Shown piece by piece: positions 1 through 9,700 of a stretch of DNA of 64,000 nucleotides. Under the pieces are notes generated by a model. That model had not been told where the DNA came from, searched no databases, and saw only the letters and a list, made by a program, of their open reading frames with translations. The stretch spans positions 24,454 through 88,453 of the forward strand of contig JACPRU010000057.1 in assembly GCA_016189835.1 (NCBI GenBank), read 5' to 3'. The translations under genes and the position numbers were made by a program. The DNA comes from Deltaproteobacteria bacterium. GTDB taxonomy: Bacteria; Desulfobacterota; Binatia; JACPRU01. The first letter of the stretch is position 1, and each line of letters begins with the position of its first letter.

Positions 1-83
1 CTCGACGTCGGCTCGGCGCCGAGGGGCCGGGCCGCGAACGCACAGGCGAGCAGGGCGGCGGCGAGGGCGAGCATCCGATTCAT
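1..83 (-). CDS. N-terminal fragment of a secreted protein (continues off the left edge)
   Basis: ATG at 83-81 on the minus strand, preceded by GGAGGA. Translates MNRMLALAAALLACAFAARPLGAEPTS, which looks like a signal peptide. Only about 27 codons lie in the window. Confidence 0.4.
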   Translation of the reverse strand, partial: MNRMLALAAALLACAFAARPLGAEPTS

Positions 84-190
84 GAGTCCTCCGTGCGCAG
101 CGCGGCGCGACGATGCGAGGGCTTACGTGCGCGCGGAAGCGAAGTCAATTCGCGGTGATTTCAATTGTCTTCGCGGCCCCATTTCTCTAG

Positions 191-833
191 CTTGCGGGCG
201 GTGGAGGTTCGCTGGGCCAGACAGCTCTCCCGCCGCCCGGGCTGCTCGAGGAGGCCCACGGACCGCTCGCGCCCCGACAGCGCCGCCACTTGGAGAACAT
301 CTTGTCGTGCGGCCGGCAGCTGATGCAGCTCATCGACGACAGTCTCGACCTTGCGAAGATCGAGGCGGGGCGAATGGACCTTCGCGTGGAGGAGTTCTCG
401 CTGCGCCAGATCATCGAGAGCGCGGCGAGCGTCATCGGGCCGCTGGCGCAGAAGAAGGGCCTGACGGTCGCGGTGACGGTCGAGCCGGACCTCGACCGCG
501 TCGAGCTCGACGCCCGGAAAGACCCGGCAGATCCTCTACAACCTGTTGAGCAATGCCGTGAAGTTCACCGCTGCGGGCACGGTGTCGATGCTCGCCCGGC
601 GAGTTCCCGCCGGGGGCGCCTCGGTCGAGGTCGTCGTGGCCGACTCCGGCATCGGCATCCGACCCGAGGATCAGCGGATGCCGCGATTGACTGTGCGCCG
701 CTCATCGGCTAAACACCGCCGCTGGAAGTGCGCGACTGGCGAAGTGGATGCACCACGAGGGAGCGTGCTTCTTCCACCCGGGCAGCGGGTGGACGAATCG
801 AGCGGGTCGTACGCCTGGGCCTCCGCGAAGTGA
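191..833 (+). pseudogene. Sensor histidine kinase remnant (DHp/CA region, frameshifted and truncated)
   Basis: One frame reads LLEEAHGPLAPRQRRHLENILSCGRQLMQLIDDSLDLAKIEAGRMDL...VELDARK. The N-box and G1-box continue in another frame from about 520: RQILYNLLSNAVKFT...VVVADSGIGIRPEDQ. There is an in-frame TAG at 188-190 and no H-box (SHELRTPL-type) upstream. No G2 box follows. Confidence 0.6.
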
Positions 834-858
834 GCGATGAGGTGCCGGGCTTTTTTTT
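813..858 (+). terminator. Putative intrinsic terminator (imperfect GC hairpin plus T8)
   Basis: gcctgggcctc...gaggtgccgggc is followed by tttttttt at 851-858. The stem is imperfect. Confidence 0.4.
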
Positions 859-894
859 GCGACGATCGAGTCAGCCCAACGCCGAGGTAGATCC

Positions 895-2046
895 GTGATC
901 AAGAGATACCTGTTGACCCCGGGGCCCACGCCGGTGCCGACCGAAGTCGCGCTGCGGATGGCCGAGCCGATGATCCATCACCGCACGCCCGAATTCAGCA
1001 AGATCTTCTCGGAGGTACGCGTCGGGTTGAAGGCGCTGTTTCAGACCGCCGAGGACGTGCTCGTGCTCGCCAGCTCGGGGACCGGCGCGATGGAGGCCGC
1101 GGTCGTCAACCTGTTGTCGGCCGGCGAGCGGGTGATCGTCGTCAACGGCGGAAAGTTCGGCGAGCGCTGGACGAAGATCTGCCAGAGCTACGGCGTCGAG
1201 GTCGAGGAGATCAAGGTCGAGTGGGGGGAAGCGGTGGCGGTGGACGCGGTGCGCGCGGCGCTCGAACGCTTCCCGGGCGCCAAGGCCGTGTTCGTGCAAG
1301 CGAGCGAGACCTCGACCACCGTGGTCCACCCCGTCGAGGAGATCGCCGCGCTCACCCGTACGCGCGACACGCTGCTCATCGTCGACGGCATCACCGCGGT
1401 CGGGGTGTTCGACGTGCCGATGGATCGCTGGGGCATCGACGTGCTGGTCACCGGATCGCAAAAGGCGCTGATGCTGCCGCCCGGCCTGGCGTTCCTCGCG
1501 CTCAGCGCCCGCGCCTGGAAGCGCGCCGCGCGGCCGCACCTGCCCGGCTTCTATTTCGACCTGATGCGCGAGCGGAAGAGCCAGGGCGAGAACACCACCG
1601 CCTACACGCCGGCGGTGTCGCTCGTGCTCGGGCTCCACGCCGTGCTGGCCATGCTCGAGCGGGAAGGGTACCCCAACGTCTTCGCGCGCCATGCCCGGCT
1701 CGCCGCGGCGACGCGCGCCGCCGGGGAAGCGCTCGGCCTGAAGCTCCTGGCGCCGCGGTCGCCGAGCCCGGCTGCCACCGGCCTCTACCTTCCGGGCGGG
1801 ATCGACGGCGGCAAGCTCACCAAGTACCTGCGCGACCGGGTCGGCGTCAGCCTGGCGGGTGGCCAGGATCAGCTCAAGGGAAAGATCCTGCGCGTCGCCC
1901 ACGTCGGCTATTTCGGCGAGTTCGACATCGTCACCGCGGTCGCCGCGATCGAGATGGCGCTCGGCAAGTTCGGCGCGCGCGTGGACTTCGGCAGCGGAGT
2001 GGCCGCCGCCGAGCGCGTGCTCGTCGAGGGCCTGCCGTCGGCCTGA
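895..2046 (+). CDS. Class-V aminotransferase, probable phosphoserine aminotransferase (serine-glyoxylate/SerC-like)
   Basis: 383 aa with a GTG start. N-terminus is YLLTPGPTPVP...HHRTPEF and the PLP lysine motif is GSQKAL. It lies directly upstream of serA. Confidence 0.85.
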   Translation: MIKRYLLTPGPTPVPTEVALRMAEPMIHHRTPEFSKIFSEVRVGLKALFQTAEDVLVLASSGTGAMEAAVVNLLSAGERVIVVNGGKFGERWTKICQSYGVEVEEIKVEWGEAVAVDAVRAALERFPGAKAVFVQASETSTTVVHPVEEIAALTRTRDTLLIVDGITAVGVFDVPMDRWGIDVLVTGSQKALMLPPGLAFLALSARAWKRAARPHLPGFYFDLMRERKSQGENTTAYTPAVSLVLGLHAVLAMLEREGYPNVFARHARLAAATRAAGEALGLKLLAPRSPSPAATGLYLPGGIDGGKLTKYLRDRVGVSLAGGQDQLKGKILRVAHVGYFGEFDIVTAVAAIEMALGKFGARVDFGSGVAAAERVLVEGLPSA

Positions 2047-2074
2047 GCCACCACCCGCAGCAGAGAAGGCGATC

Positions 2075-3676
2075 ATGTCCAGCGAAACTTTCCGCGTCCT
2101 GATCACCGATTCGCTCGCCGAGCAGGGGCGGGCGATCCTCGAGCGCGAGCCGCGGATCGAGGTGGCGTACCGGCCGGGCCTGAAGGCCGACGAGATCTGT
2201 CGGGTGATCCCGGGCTTTGACGCGCTGATCGTTCGCAGCGGCACGCGCGCGACCGCCGAGATCATCGGCGCGGGAACCTCGCTCAAGGTGATCGGTCGCG
2301 CCGGCATCGGCGTCGACAACATCGACGTCGAGGCGGCGAGCAAGCGCGGCATCATCGTGATGAACACCCCGGGCGGCAACAACGTGACCACCGCCGAGCA
2401 CACGTTGACGCTGCTGCTGTCGATGGCCCGCAACATCCCGCAGGCCGCGGCCTCGCTGCGGGCCGGTAAATGGGAGCGCGGCAAGTTCACCGGCGTGGAG
2501 GTCTGCGGCAAGACGCTCGGCATCATCGGCGTCGGCAACATCGGCTCGGTGGTCGCCGACAGGGCCCAGGGCCTGAAGATGAAGGTCATCGCCTACGATC
2601 CGTACCTCGCCGCCGAGGCGGCGGCGCGCGCCGGCATCGAGCTGACGAGCCTCGGCGACCTTTACGCGCGGGCGGACTTCATCTCCGTGCACACGCCGCT
2701 CACTCCGGAAACGCGCGGGCTGGTCGGCCGAGAGGCGTTCGCGAAGATGAAGAAGGGCGCGCGCATCGTCAACTGCGCCCGCGGCGGGATCGTCGACGAG
2801 GCCGCGCTCGCCGAGGCGATCCGTGCCGGGCAGATCGCCGGCGCGGCGCTCGACGTGTTCGTCGAGGAGCCCCCCGCCAAGGACCATCCGCTGCTCGGCC
2901 TCGACGCGGTCGTCGCCACGCCTCACCTCGGCGCCTCGACCGACGAGGCGCAGATCAACGTCGCCATCGCGATCGCCGAGCAGATCGTCGACTTCCTCAC
3001 GCGCGGCGAGGTGCGGGCCGCGGTCAACTTCCCGAACCTGTCGGCCGAGAGGCTGGGGGTGCTCGGGCCGTTCCTGGTGCTCGCCGAGAAGGTCGGCTCG
3101 CTGCAGGCGCAGATGGCGGGCGGGGCGCCGCTCGAGGTCGACATCGAGAGCAGCGGCGAGACCGCCGAGCACGAGCAGGACCGCAAGGCCATCACCGCCT
3201 CGGTGCTGAAGGGGCTGCTCTCGCCGGTGATGGAGTCGGTGGTCAACTACGTGAACGCGCCGTTCATCGCCCGCGAGCGCGGCATCCGCGTGGTGGAATC
3301 GCGCTCGAGCGTGCCGTCGGACTTCCTGAACTCCGTCACCGTGCGGGTCAAGCGTGAGAGCGAGACCACGACCGTCGCCGGCGCGGTGTTCGGCAAGAAG
3401 ACGCTGCGCATCGTGCGCATCAACAAGTTCTACATGGAGGCCGTGCCGCACGGCTACATCCTCATCCTCCACAACCGGGACGTTCCGGGAGTGGTCGGCG
3501 CGGTGGGCTCGCTGCTCGGCAAGCACGGCATCAACATCGCCGGGATCGAGCTCGGCCGCGACGAGAGCAAGCTGGCGATCTCCTTCTTCCACGTCGACGA
3601 GCCGATGCCGCCGGCGGTGCTGGCCGAGATCCGCGGGCTGCCGGCGATCACCTCGGCGCATCTCGTGCAGCTCTGA
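2075..3676 (+). CDS. serA: D-3-phosphoglycerate dehydrogenase (long form with C-terminal ASB/ACT domains)
   Basis: ATG at 2075 after GAAGG. Contains the GIIGVGNIGS Rossmann motif, HTPLTPETRGL and NCARGGIVDE. The upstream part of track ORF 1859..3676 is a frame extension. Confidence 0.93.
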   Translation: MSSETFRVLITDSLAEQGRAILEREPRIEVAYRPGLKADEICRVIPGFDALIVRSGTRATAEIIGAGTSLKVIGRAGIGVDNIDVEAASKRGIIVMNTPGGNNVTTAEHTLTLLLSMARNIPQAAASLRAGKWERGKFTGVEVCGKTLGIIGVGNIGSVVADRAQGLKMKVIAYDPYLAAEAAARAGIELTSLGDLYARADFISVHTPLTPETRGLVGREAFAKMKKGARIVNCARGGIVDEAALAEAIRAGQIAGAALDVFVEEPPAKDHPLLGLDAVVATPHLGASTDEAQINVAIAIAEQIVDFLTRGEVRAAVNFPNLSAERLGVLGPFLVLAEKVGSLQAQMAGGAPLEVDIESSGETAEHEQDRKAITASVLKGLLSPVMESVVNYVNAPFIARERGIRVVESRSSVPSDFLNSVTVRVKRESETTTVAGAVFGKKTLRIVRINKFYMEAVPHGYILILHNRDVPGVVGAVGSLLGKHGINIAGIELGRDESKLAISFFHVDEPMPPAVLAEIRGLPAITSAHLVQL

Positions 3677-3702
3677 TCTACTACGGCAGAATTTCGTCTC
3701 TT

Positions 3703-3856
3703 GGCACGACGAAATGAGATACGAGACCACAATAGGCGACCGCCGTTTGGTTGCGGCTGTGCCGCGCTGAGCTACTGGGGCACGACTCCGCTGTTCTGTA
3801 CGAAGATATCGGACACGATGCCTCGGTACGCGACCATCGTTTGGTTGCGGCTGTGC
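3703..3856 (+). repeat. Two tandem copies of a non-coding element (unit 1 at 3703-3762, unit 2 at 3779-3856)
   Basis: Each unit starts with GGCACGAC (3703, 3779). Each ends with GCGACC..CGTTTGGTTGCGGCTGTGC (3736-3762 and 3830-3856), identical at 25 of 27 positions. The copies are offset by 94 nt, so they fall in different reading frames. Confidence 0.6.
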
Positions 3857-3900
3857 TGCTGTGAACGGCCCGCGGGTCGGCGACGGGGCAGGGGAGCTCG

Positions 3901-5211
<1,311 letters not shown>

Positions 5212-5240
5212 GGCCCGCCGCCGTATCCGCCTCCGTCTCG

Positions 5241-6602
5241 CTAGAAGACGACCGAGGCGTCCATCAGCACGTTCGGCGTGAAGTTCGTGGTCAGCCCCTC
5301 GCGGTTGAGCGGTACGATCGCGTTGAAGCCGATCACCAGGTCGCGCACGACGTTGATCTTCAGTCCCGGGACGATCTCGAACTTGCGCACCTGGTCTTCG
5401 CCGAAGTACTCGAGGCGCGCGACCTGGTCGACGAGCAGCGCCACCCGCGGCAGGAGCTGCACCTCGGCGCCCACGGAATAGTCGAAGCGGTCGCGGTCCT
5501 GGTCCTCGGCGTCCGCGTTGAACCCCAGGTTCACGTGCGCGGCGAAGCGGGACTGCGAGGTGGACAGGATGACGCGCGGCTGGAACCGCCAGGCGCCGAC
5601 GCCGAGCAGCTCTTCCTCGTCGCCGGTCGGCGTCAGCACGTTCAGCAGCAGGCCGGCGTCGATCGGGCCGGCGCTGCCGATGAAATACTTGGCGCGCACC
5701 TGGACGTCGCCGATGCCGATCTCGTCCTTGCCGTAGCGGATGCCCGGGAAGGACACGTCGCTGTAGGCCCGACGGTCCACGCTGGAGACTCCGCCGTAGG
5801 TGGGGACGTTGGGGTCGGCCTGGAAAACACAGCACCGGCCCTGCAGGGTGAAGACGTCGGCGGGAGTGAGCCGGGTGCTGCCGTCCGCTGCGCGGCTCTC
5901 GAGGAAGAACCGGTCGATGGCGGCGCCCCGGAAGTGCAGAGCGGCCATCGGGATGAACACCCCGACGTCGAGGTTGTCGAGAACGCCGAGCTGCACCGAG
6001 ACCGTGCCGATGTGCTCGCGCAAGCTGATCTCGCTGAGCAGGATGTCACGCGCCACCCCGGTCGAGCCGTCGCCGAAGACCACGGGGATGTCGCCGGCGG
6101 AAAACGCCGTGCGCCGCAGCGGCGAATCGTCGAACTTCGTGTAGTCGACGTACGAATAGGCCGCGCCGATGGTCAGCACGTGCCGGCCGTTGGTGCGCGC
6201 GTTCTGGGACAGCGAGGGAGCGAGCGGCCGCTGCCAGCGGACCCAGGTTTCGAGCTTCTCGTCGTAGGTGTAGGCGACGCTCGTCGAACCGGACGGGAAG
6301 GGCACGCCGTCGATGGTGGCGCGGGCCTCCTCGGCGAACTGCCGGAAGGCGGGGAACGCGACGGTGCCGCTCGACAGCGCGCGCAGCTCGGGGCTGAGAT
6401 TGACGAACGAGAAGCGCTCGACCGCCGAGAAGTATCCGGTCACCGACTGGTCGACGGGCCCGATCAGCGCCTCGCCGCCGCCCGCCCGGAACTCGCTGAG
6501 CGTCTCGTAGGTCTGCGCGCGGGCGAGGGCCGCGAATCCCAGGACCGCGATGATGGCGAGCCATCCCGAGCGCTTGCCGAGTATCGTGCGCATGCTCTTC
6601 AT
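5241..6602 (-). CDS. Outer-membrane beta-barrel protein (family unassigned)
   Basis: ATG at 6602 preceded by GAGGAGGGGAG. Signal peptide is MKSMRTILGKRSGWLAIIAVLGFAALARA. The protein shows an alternating beta-strand pattern and ends in ...DASVVF, a terminal aromatic residue typical of OMPs. Confidence 0.7.
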   Translation of the reverse strand: MKSMRTILGKRSGWLAIIAVLGFAALARAQTYETLSEFRAGGGEALIGPVDQSVTGYFSAVERFSFVNLSPELRALSSGTVAFPAFRQFAEEARATIDGVPFPSGSTSVAYTYDEKLETWVRWQRPLAPSLSQNARTNGRHVLTIGAAYSYVDYTKFDDSPLRRTAFSAGDIPVVFGDGSTGVARDILLSEISLREHIGTVSVQLGVLDNLDVGVFIPMAALHFRGAAIDRFFLESRAADGSTRLTPADVFTLQGRCCVFQADPNVPTYGGVSSVDRRAYSDVSFPGIRYGKDEIGIGDVQVRAKYFIGSAGPIDAGLLLNVLTPTGDEEELLGVGAWRFQPRVILSTSQSRFAAHVNLGFNADAEDQDRDRFDYSVGAEVQLLPRVALLVDQVARLEYFGEDQVRKFEIVPGLKINVVRDLVIGFNAIVPLNREGLTTNFTPNVLMDASVVF

Positions 6603-6681
6603 CTCCCCTCTCCCCTCCTCGGCGGACGGCGTTGGCGACAATGTGCCGAGTATGCCGATGGTCTCAGAGCGTCGGGCGGCC

Positions 6682-6734
6682 TGTCAAGAAACCGCCAACA
6701 GAAACCGCCGCCAACGCCGGCAACGGAAACCGCC
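6682..6734 (-). promoter_or_regulatory. Three direct GGCGGTTTC repeats abutting a TTGACA -35-like hexamer upstream of the OMP gene
   Basis: On the minus strand, GGCGGTTTC occurs at 6734-6726, 6709-6701 and 6696-6688. The last copy is followed immediately by TTGACA (6687-6682). No convincing -10 hexamer is found. Confidence 0.35.
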
Positions 6735-6758
6735 GCGCGACTGCCGAGAGGGCGCCGC

Positions 6759-9700
6759 TCACGGAACCGCCACCCAGCGGCCGGTGCTGCGGCGCAGCGT
6801 CTTGGTGATGCGCGGCAGGGCGCGCTCCATCTCGGTCCCGCGCGGGTCGGTCCAGTGGTCGATGCGGTCGAAGCTCACGACCGCTTGATCGCCGCTCAGC
6901 TGTACCGAGGGATTGGAGCAGGACACCTGGAGATTGTTCATCGCCGAGAGCGCCTCGCTCAGGCGTGAGGCCTGGTCCTGGCTCGCGAGATGGCCGAGCG
7001 CGATCAGCGCGTCGGTGTCCTTGGTCTCGAAGGCGCGGCAGTACTGCTGGATCCAGGCCTGCGCCTCGCCGCGCGGGTCGGACGGCAGCGGGCGCCTCAG
7101 CTCCTCCACCACCGCCGGCGTCGGTGGTGGCGGCGGCTTGACGGACAGCTTCCAGGTGTTGGCGATGCTGGCGCCCCAGGGTGCCGTGGCGCGGACCTGC
7201 ACGAGGTACTCGCCGGGACCGTTGGGCCGGAACTCGTACGCCGGGCCGTCGATGCCGGCGGCGGTCTGTCCGTTGACCTGCCAGACGAAGGACAGCTTCT
7301 CTGCACCCGAGTCCTTGATGGGAGCGTGAAAGCTGACCGGCCCGCCGTTCGGCCGCTCGACGCTGCGCGCGGCGGGCTCGAGTCTCGCGAAGCCGAGGGG
7401 AGGAGGCTCGATCTCGAGGTCCCAGGTGCGCAGCGACACCCGCTCCGCGGCGCGCTCGGCGACCAGCTCGAGCCGGCTCCGGCCCGGCGTCGCCGTTCGC
7501 TCGCGACCGAGCGTCACGCTTCCGCCCCGAGCGACCGGCTCGCCGCCGAGTCGCCACTCGAGCGAGGCCCCGTCGGGATCCTTGAGGGACGCCTCGAAGC
7601 GCGTCTCCGAGCCGGCGGCGATCTTCAGCGCCCTCGCGGCCGGCTTGGCACTGGCCAGCACCAGCGGCGGCGGCGGAGCCGCGGTGGGCTCGACCGCCGG
7701 CGGCGCGGTCGCCTCCGGCGCCGCCGGCTCGACGGACGCGACCGACGGAGCGAGGGTCGGCTCGACGAGCGGCTCGGGGGGCGCGACGGCGATCTCGGGG
7801 CTGGGCGGCGCCGGCGGCTCGACCGGAACCGCCATGGCCGACGTCGGCACGGCTCGTGCGAGGTCGGTTTGCGGCGGCGCAGTGGTCGGGCTCTTGCCGC
7901 GCGCCAGCACGAGAACCGCGACCAACGCGGCGACCGCGCCCGCGCCGACGCCGACCGTGCGCCAGGGGACCTCGCTCGTCGTCCTCGCCGGCGGCGCCGC
8001 GACGTCGCTGGCGATCGCTTGCACCGACGCCTCGATCTCGCTCAGCCACCGCGTCGACTCGGGCTCGTCGCCGGCCCGCAGCGCCGCCTCCAGCGTGGCG
8101 AGCGACTTGGCGATCGCCTTGCGGCGGCGCTGAACGGAGCGAGGGCTCGGCAGCGCGGCGAGCGCCTCGACGGCGACATCGCGCCGGCGCGACAGTGCGG
8201 CCAGCCGCTCGAGCCGCTCGCCGCGCTCGATCTCGGCGAGCAGGCTCTCGACACTCTGCGCCGCATCCGCGAACGCGGCCGTGGCCGTCGGGAGGTCCTC
8301 GGCGGCGAGCGCCCGCGCTCCTTCGTCGATACGGCCACGGGCGGCCGTGAAGGCCGGCGCGCCGGTCGCGCGGTCTCCGGCGCGGGCGGCGCTCTCGATC
8401 GCCGCTTCGGCGCGGTGGCGCTGAGCCTCCGCCTCGATGCGCCGTCGCTCGCGCTCGAGCTCGGCGCGGGTATCGGCGATGTACCGCTCCAGCTCGGGCA
8501 ACGAAGCCTCCAGCGTGCGGATGGCGGCGCCGAGGTCCCCGCGGTTCGCTTCGTCTTCCGCCGCCGCGAACGCGGCGAGCAGGCGACGGCCAGCGCGCGA
8601 GTGGCGCGCTTCGGGGCCGAGCGCGCCGAGATCCTGGCTGAGGGCCATCGCGCGGCGGCGGAGCTCGCCGAGGCGAGCCACGAGGCGCTCCTGCTCTTCG
8701 CGGGCGGCGATCGCATCGGCGAGGCGGCCGAACCGCTCGGCCGCCTCCTGCAGTCGAGGCAGGGCCTCGGCGAACTCGCCGCCGGCGAGCTGGCGCTCTG
8801 CGCCGGCGCCGAGCGCGGCCGCGTCGCCCAGCTCGTCGGCCTCGGCGCCGCGTGCAGTGCCCGCGCCGGCCAGCCGCGCGCGCGCCTGTGCGAGGGCTTC
8901 GAGCGCCTGACGCGCCGCGGGTTCGGCCTGGCGATCGCGCTCCGCGGCGTGCCGGCGGCGCTCGCTCTCCGCGACGCGCTCCGCGACCTCGGCCTCGAGC
9001 TGCTCGACCGCCGACAACGCTTGCGCGAGCTCGCCGGCGGCCTCGACGAGCTGCCTTCGCTCCGCGAGCTGCCGTGCCCGCTCGGCCGCCGCGCGGGCCT
9101 TGGCGTGCGCGGCGGCGGCGAGCTCGACGCCGGGCGCGGACTCGACCGAGGCGAGGCGCGCCGACAGCGTCGCCGTCAGCTCGCCGACCCGGCGAGCCAC
9201 GACCTCGGAGCGGCGCCGCTCGAGGGCGGAGAGCGCGCTCGCAGCCTGCTCGACCGCGGCACGAGCGCCGTCGAAATCGCCGCCGGCGGCCGCGTCGCGG
9301 GCCGCCCGGGCGCCGGCCTCGACGGGCCCGAGATCGGCGCCGCCGGCCGCCTCGCGCAGCGACGCGGGGAGCCGCGCCAGCTCGGCGCGGTGCGCGGCGA
9401 GCGCGCCTTCGAGGCGCTCGCTGGCGGCGGTCGCTTCCCGGCGGCGGCGCTCCTGGCTGGCGCTGGCCTCCGCCTCCCGCCATGCCCGCTCCGCCTGGGC
9501 CAGCGCGCGGGCCCCGCCCGTCAGGTCGTCGGCGGCCAGCGCCTTCTCGAGCGCCTGCATCGCCTGCTCGGCCGCGGACAGCAGCGGCGTGGCGATCTGC
9601 GCGGCCTCGGCGGCGAGCGTCGTCGCCCGCAGCTGCGCCAGCGACGAGAGGCCGGCGCGAAGGCGGGCACGCTCGCGAGCCTCGGCGGCATCCTCCGCGG

